A DNA stretch of 62,302 nucleotides, counting the filler, from Candidatus Woesearchaeota archaeon (GTDB taxonomy: Archaea > Nanobdellota > Nanobdellia > Woesearchaeales > WJIZ01): NCBI GenBank assembly GCA_018221205.1. It is 9 parts of 9 records of this genome, joined end to end, with 100 filler letters (N's around TTAATTAATTAA, not from the genome) between each part and the next. Parts side by side here need not be neighbours in the genome. Positions count along the whole stretch, not along the records: positions 59,040 to 62,302 come from JAAOYF010000045.1; 8 more parts are not named here. One strand, written 5' to 3'. Positions within the stretch are counted from its first letter, which is position 1. Every line of letters starts with the position of its first letter. Position numbers and translations under genes: made by a program. Shown here in pieces: positions 59,076 through 62,302 of this stretch. The notes under the pieces were generated by a model. That model was not told where the DNA came from and made no database searches. It saw only the letters and a list, made by a program, of their open reading frames with translations.

Positions 59076-60731
59076 ATGGAGAAATATAAGGACAAACTCA
59101 TCAATCTGCTGAAGAAAAAGCTTAAAGGAGATATCAGTCTAAGCGTCCCTCCTGACCCGAGCCTTGGAGATTATTCTTTAGCCTGCTTTCCGTTTGCAAA
59201 AGAATTGAAAAAGAATCCGCAAGAGATTGCAGAAGACCTTTCAAAGAGCGTTAAAGCGGATTTCATCGAGAAGATCGAGACCAAAGGAGCGTATCTGAAT
59301 TTTTTTCTTGATAAGAAGCAGCTTGTGAAGGATATCCTTCATCCTATCCTAAAAGGGGATGAAAAAAAAGAATCGAGCAAAGAAAGATTCATGGTTGAAT
59401 TCTCTCAGGCCAATACGCATAAAGCATTCCATGTCGGACATGTCAGAGGAACATCGCTAGGAGAAAGCCTGGCCCGTATCCTGGAATATACTGGCAAAAA
59501 AGTTGTCAGAGCCAATTATCAAGGAGATACGGGTATGCATGTCGCAAAATGGATCTGGTGCTATCAGAACTATCACAAGAAAGAGAAACTGAAGGATGAA
59601 GAGGAATGGATTTCGGGAATCTATGTTGATGCTATCTCAAGACTTACTCAGAATCCCAAGCTGCAGGAAGGGGTGGATGAGGTCAACAGGAAAATCGACT
59701 CAGGCGAAGATAAAAAACTGCAGGAACTTTGGAAAAAAACAAGAAGATTATCCCTGGATGCTTTTGAGCGTATCTATAAAGAGCTCAATACAACGTTTGA
59801 TCATTATTTCTTTGAGTCGACCATCGAAAAAAAGGCAAAGAAGATCTGCCAGGAATTGATAAAAAAGAACATAGCTGAGATCTCTGACGGTGCGACTATC
59901 ATCAACTTAGAGAAATATAATCTGGGAGTGTCTGTCCTCCTGAGAAAAGACGGCACTGTCCTGTATTCTGCCAAGGATCTTGCGTTGGCTGAAGAGAAAT
60001 TCACCAAATATAGGATCGATGATTCTATCTATGTTGTTGGAAAAGAGCAGGAATTCTATTTCAGGCAGCTGTTCAAGACCCTTGCATTGATGAAATTCAA
60101 GCAGGCTGAGAAATTAAGATATGTCCCGGTCAGCCTAGTCAAATTGCCGCACGGAAAGATGTCTTCGCGTACTGGAGACAACATCCTCTACAGCAGCTTC
60201 AAGGATGAACTGAAAGAGTATGCTGCCTCTGAGATCAAGAAGAGATTCAAAGTCGATAAGAAGGAATTAGAGAGGAGATCTCTGGCTATCGCGATAGCCT
60301 CTTTAAAATATTCTATGCTCAAGCAGCATCCAAACAAAGAGATCGTCTTCAACAAGGAAGAGGCCATGCGTTTTGAAGGCGATACCGGACCCTATTTGTT
60401 GTACTCCTATGCCCGGGCTTCTTCCATCATACGGAAAGCAAAGAGCAAGGGCAAGCTAGAGATTGATGAACTTACAGATAAGGAGATTGTGCTGGCAAAA
60501 AAACTAGGGATGTTTCGAGAGACTGTAGAAAAAGCAGGCCAGCAGCTTCAGCCTGGCCTGATCGCGAACTATGCATTCCAATTATCGCAATTATTCAATG
60601 AGTTCTATGCCCATTGTCAAGTTGTAGGGAGTGAAGCTGAGAATTTTAGGTTGGCTTTGGTTGAGGGTTTCAGGATAGTCCTCAAAAAAGCCCTTGATCT
60701 ATTAGGTATAGATGTCATAGAACAGATGTGA
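59076..60731 (+). CDS. argS: Arginine--tRNA ligase
   Basis: EFSQANTHKAFHVGH, KMSSR, FEGDTGPYLLYSYAR, C-terminal EQM. Confidence 0.97.
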   Translation: MEKYKDKLINLLKKKLKGDISLSVPPDPSLGDYSLACFPFAKELKKNPQEIAEDLSKSVKADFIEKIETKGAYLNFFLDKKQLVKDILHPILKGDEKKESSKERFMVEFSQANTHKAFHVGHVRGTSLGESLARILEYTGKKVVRANYQGDTGMHVAKWIWCYQNYHKKEKLKDEEEWISGIYVDAISRLTQNPKLQEGVDEVNRKIDSGEDKKLQELWKKTRRLSLDAFERIYKELNTTFDHYFFESTIEKKAKKICQELIKKNIAEISDGATIINLEKYNLGVSVLLRKDGTVLYSAKDLALAEEKFTKYRIDDSIYVVGKEQEFYFRQLFKTLALMKFKQAEKLRYVPVSLVKLPHGKMSSRTGDNILYSSFKDELKEYAASEIKKRFKVDKKELERRSLAIAIASLKYSMLKQHPNKEIVFNKEEAMRFEGDTGPYLLYSYARASSIIRKAKSKGKLEIDELTDKEIVLAKKLGMFRETVEKAGQQLQPGLIANYAFQLSQLFNEFYAHCQVVGSEAENFRLALVEGFRIVLKKALDLLGIDVIEQM

Positions 60732-60794
60732 TTGTTGTATTATATAGTTTTCACCATCATTATTCTTAAAAATAGTAAAATAATTATTCCTAGA

Positions 60795-61487
60795 ATGAAG
60801 GCATTAGAATGGGTAGTGGGGAGACCTATTGAACTTCAGGGTCATGAATTTATTGGTGAAGAATTTGCACTGACGGCTGATGCACATGAAATTTTCTCAG
60901 GAGACAAATATACTCCAAAAGAAAGAGGTCCTCATCTTGGATATGCGACAGTAACTTGGAGGGCTTCAGAAGCAGAGCCTGTTGGCTATTTTATTGAGCA
61001 ATTGAAAACAGCTTTTTCCGGTGTACAACCATTAGATACTCGATTCATTCTTTTTGGGGAAGGGCAATCTGAAGATGAGAAGGTTGTCGTAGATAAACAC
61101 TATGCAAATGGAGTATATGCTTGGACTGATAAATCTCAAGGATTGATTAGGGTTGCAGATTTGTCGGCAGTAAGAGAGCAACTCCTCCTTCCTGAAAATG
61201 TTATTCAAGGTAAATTCGCTCAGTTGCGTATCGCCACTCCTTGGGGGGATTTTGGATTGGAAGATCTTGAAGCAATGAAAAATGGCACCTATTGGTCACC
61301 TGAAACAGGCAGGGTTGCGGTCATGTCCCATCTGAATACCGTTGCTCCTGCAGTGACTGACCTCCTTTGTACAACAGCGAGGCTGCTTCCTCATAATCCA
61401 GAACCACCCATCACTGGATTCCCACAAGATTTTTTTACGTTACTCCCTCATGTTTTTGCAGCGTATACTCATCAAAAAAGCACTTAG
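60795..61487 (+). CDS. Hypothetical protein
   Basis: 230-aa ORF with no recognisable motif. Confidence 0.55.
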   Translation: MKALEWVVGRPIELQGHEFIGEEFALTADAHEIFSGDKYTPKERGPHLGYATVTWRASEAEPVGYFIEQLKTAFSGVQPLDTRFILFGEGQSEDEKVVVDKHYANGVYAWTDKSQGLIRVADLSAVREQLLLPENVIQGKFAQLRIATPWGDFGLEDLEAMKNGTYWSPETGRVAVMSHLNTVAPAVTDLLCTTARLLPHNPEPPITGFPQDFFTLLPHVFAAYTHQKST

Positions 61488-61570
61488 AACTCTTCTCCGC
61501 AGATTGGGCAGAACGGATCCTCTTCTTCGCATTCAAACTCACAGTTCTGGCAGAGTTTTGTGTCCTTCAT
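61484..61570 (-). CDS. 28-aa zinc-ribbon microprotein (MKDTKLCQNCEFECEEEDPFCPICGEEF)
   Basis: CxxC-x10-CxxCG; own upstream TATA-like site. Confidence 0.6.
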   Translation of the reverse strand: MKDTKLCQNCEFECEEEDPFCPICGEEF

Positions 61571-61644
61571 AATAGGGGTAAGATTGTTGAAATATAAAAA
61601 TTTTATGACAAAAGTTTTTATACTTCCTCATCACAGCTGGGGAC

Positions 61645-62302
61645 ATGATAGAGATTTATCAGATTATTCTCTTGGTGGCGTTCATACTGCTCAGCGGAGT
61701 GTTCTCTGCTTCTGAGACGGCGTTGATTGCTATCTCACGCTTCAAAGTCAAATTATATACTCAGAAGAACAGGAAAGGCTCTGGATATCTGGCGAGCCTG
61801 AAAGAGAATCCCCACCATATGCTCTCGACCTTGCTCATCTGCAATAACGTAGTCAATATCGGCGGATCAGCTCTTGCCACCAGCATGGCGCTAGAGGTGT
61901 TCAAGAGCAATGCGGTTGCCTTTTCCACTGGTATCATGACATTCTTCATCTTAGTCTTTGGAGAGATTGTGCCAAAAAACTATGCCAATGCACATTCTGG
62001 CAAGATCTCCTTATTCATAGCACCCCTCATCCATTTCCTAAGCATCATCCTACGCCCCCTCATCGTTGTGTTCGATTTCATCACCACCAAGATATTTAGG
62101 GTATTGCCTCGCAGGCAGCGCATAACAGAGGAAGAGATCAGAAATATCGTCGATATTGCCAGAGAAGAAGGAGGCATTGACAAACAGGAGAAAGAGATGA
62201 TCCATCGCATCTTTAAGTTTGATGACATTGATGTGGATGCGATCAAGGTCCCTCGTATAGACATGGTGATGATCCAGCTGAACAGCACCCTTGGAGATGC
62301 TC
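61645..62302 (+). CDS. CNNM/DUF21 + CBS (hemolysin/CorB-like) protein, 3'-partial
   Basis: LSGVFSASETAL, LSTLLICNNVVN, ILVFGEIVPK, TEEEI, EKEMIHRIFKF, VPRIDM; runs off the window and is absent from the ORF track. Confidence 0.92.
   Translation, partial: MIEIYQIILLVAFILLSGVFSASETALIAISRFKVKLYTQKNRKGSGYLASLKENPHHMLSTLLICNNVVNIGGSALATSMALEVFKSNAVAFSTGIMTFFILVFGEIVPKNYANAHSGKISLFIAPLIHFLSIILRPLIVVFDFITTKIFRVLPRRQRITEEEIRNIVDIAREEGGIDKQEKEMIHRIFKFDDIDVDAIKVPRIDMVMIQLNSTLGDA

Overview
Nine assembly contigs joined by artificial N-TTAATTAATTAA-N linkers. The gene content is archaeal: rpoE1-spt4-rps24e-rps27ae, SRP54, class I CCA-adding enzyme, Cdc48, NreA, EndoQ, archaeal pilin with TadC pair, and an intron-containing tRNA-Trp. 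The mix of reduced, bacteria-like and surface-protein genes suggests a DPANN (Woesearchaeota-like) genome; this is inference, not a database result. The window holds housekeeping genes (alaS, argS, cca, msrA), DNA repair genes, a type IV pilus locus, several large surface proteins, a glycosylation cluster, an amino-acid ABC transporter, a TA-like pair and two tRNAs. Two 83-bp end overlaps show how four of the contigs join. Most notable observations: (1) an apparently intact GGDEF diguanylate cyclase beside tRNA-Arg; (2) a SET lysine methyltransferase near a Lys-tailed Cc1-like chromatin protein; (3) a promoter-bearing Hel308 lacking its whole N-terminal RecA domain; (4) an unannotated ~90-nt GC-rich structured RNA candidate; (5) a duplicated cdc48 5' end forming an overlapping uORF; (6) a type-I-toxin-like peptide with a structured leader; (7) a cysteine-free Spt4; (8) a 42-nt tRNA-Trp intron that retains a Cm34 guide; (9) a dispersed hairpin repeat family. 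No CRISPR array, rRNA or transposase was seen.
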